NCBI RefSeq assembly: GCF_963921235.1
Contig: NC_086097.1
Location: forward strand, 182,096,001 to 182,160,000
Direction of reading: 5' to 3'
DNA: 64,000 bases
Source of the DNA: Mobula hypostoma
Taxonomy: Eukaryota
Shown: positions 62,570 to 64,000 of the stretch, one piece after another
How the letters are laid out: each line of letters starts with the position of its first letter
How positions within the stretch are numbered: position 1 is the first letter of the stretch
Program-made: the position numbers and the translations under genes
Notes under the pieces: generated by a model
Told to the model about the DNA's origin: nothing
The model's input: the letters and a program-made list of their open reading frames with translations, nothing else
The model's database searches: none

Positions 62570-64000
62570 TTCAAGTTTGGGAACTTATTGGAAATGGCAG
62601 TATATAGTAAAAAGCAGAACCATTAGAAGCACTGATATCCAGGATGATCTTGGGTGCAAGTCCATTGTTCGCTGAAAGTGGCAACACAAGTAGATAAGGT
62701 GGTAAAGAAGATGTATGGCATACTTGCCTCAGTCAGTTGGGACATTTAGTTTAAATGTTGGTAAGATATGTTATGATTCCATAAGACTTCAGTTAGGCCA
62801 TATCTGGAGTACTGTGTGTAGTTCTGGTCATCACGATATAGAAAGGATATGGTAGCTTTGAAGAGGGTGCAGAAAAACTTCACCAGGATGTTGCCTGGAT
62901 TGGAATTTATTAGATTCAAGGAAAGATTGGACAAGCTTGTGTTGTTTTCTGTGACACATCAGAATGAGCCTTGACGTTTAGAGACCTGAGAGGTGAAAAT
63001 GGAGTCACAGGGAAATACAGCATTGGAAGTGGTCCCTCAAACCACTGTGTCCACACTGATTGTCTCGCACTCATTCACACTGATGCTACATCAATCTCCC
63101 AGAAGGTTGTGAATCTTTGGCAATTCCCACTCCAGAGATCTGTGGAGATTAAATCATTTAGATTTGAAGGCTAAGATAGAGTTTCAAAGAGTCAGGCAGT
63201 GAATTCCAGCTGAAGCTAAAGATCAGGCCATACAGGCTCAAAAGATGAAATGGATTTTCCTTTCCCACTGATGTTCCAGTTCTTCTCTAACTGGTCAGTC
63301 GGACCCAAGATGGATTATAGCATCCTTTTCTGGGCTCTATCAAGGAAAATATGGGGGAAATTTACCTTTAAACACAGAACAATACAGCACAGGTTTGGGC
63401 CCTTCAGCCCACCATGTCTGTGGTGACCATGATGCCAACTTAAACTACTCATCTGTCTGTATGTGGTCTATATCCCTCCATTCCCTGCCTGTTCATATGT
63501 CTGTCTGAATGCCTCTTAAACTTTGCTGTTGTATCTGCTTCCACCACCATCCGGGCAGTGCATTCCAGGCACCCACTACTCTCTATGTAAAATAAGACTT
63601 GCCTCGCACAATTCCTTTAAACTTGTTCTCCTCTCACCTTAAACTTATGCTCTCTAGTATTTGGCATTCCCACCGGGAAAAAAGACAGTGCCCATGTACC
63701 CGGCCTGTTCTTCCCATAATTTTATAAATTGCTCTCAGGTCATCCTTCAGCCTCTGATGTTCCAGTCAGAATTTGTCAAACCTCTTCTTTAAACTAATAC
63801 TCTCTAATCTAGGTAATATCCTGATAAATCCCTCCCAAACCCTCTCTAAAGCTGCATACTGTGCTCCAAATATGGCCTTACCAATGTTTTATGCAGTTGC
63901 AACATGACATCTGGACTTTTATACTCATCACCTTATGTCTTATTCACCACACCATCTATTTATGTTGGCACTTTCAGGGAGCTATGGACTTGTATACAAG
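62570..64000. mobile_element. CR1-like fragments (+ at about 62570-63260; - at about 63370-64000)
   Basis: VRPYLEYCV.FWS..YRKD..ALKRVQK.FTRMLPG on +. A CR1 3' end on -. Confidence 0.75.

Noticed and set aside
55782..64000. Next AGAP3 exon (G.LLKRSGKSLNKEWKKKYV)
   Set aside because: Not found by eye; presumed to lie beyond the window end.

Overview
Eukaryotic genomic DNA, most likely from a cartilaginous fish (probably a ray). This is inferred from HE1-like V-SINEs, dense CR1/HER1-like and Rex1/Babar LINEs, Penelope tails and a 33-bp minisatellite typical of elasmobranchs. The window lies inside one + strand gene, AGAP3 (centaurin gamma-3). Eight internal coding exons (59, 88, 86, 142, 135, 128, 153 and 93 nt; all AG/GT, phases consistent) encode the whole GTPase-like domain and the linker up to the start of the PH domain. 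The first exon and the PH/ArfGAP/ankyrin exons were not found in the window. The introns are mostly transposable elements, often nested. Highlights: (1) minimal hammerhead-ribozyme motifs in Penelope-like element tails, two with an intact core; (2) short inverted Penelope-tail insertions with 12-16 bp target-site duplications; (3) two Tx1-clade retrotransposons inserted at about the same register of the 33-bp minisatellite, suggesting target specificity; (4) a 5.7-kb minisatellite with higher-order structure; (5) a Charlie3/OC1-like hAT element. Family names come from recalled motifs, not database searches, and TE boundaries without TSDs are approximate.
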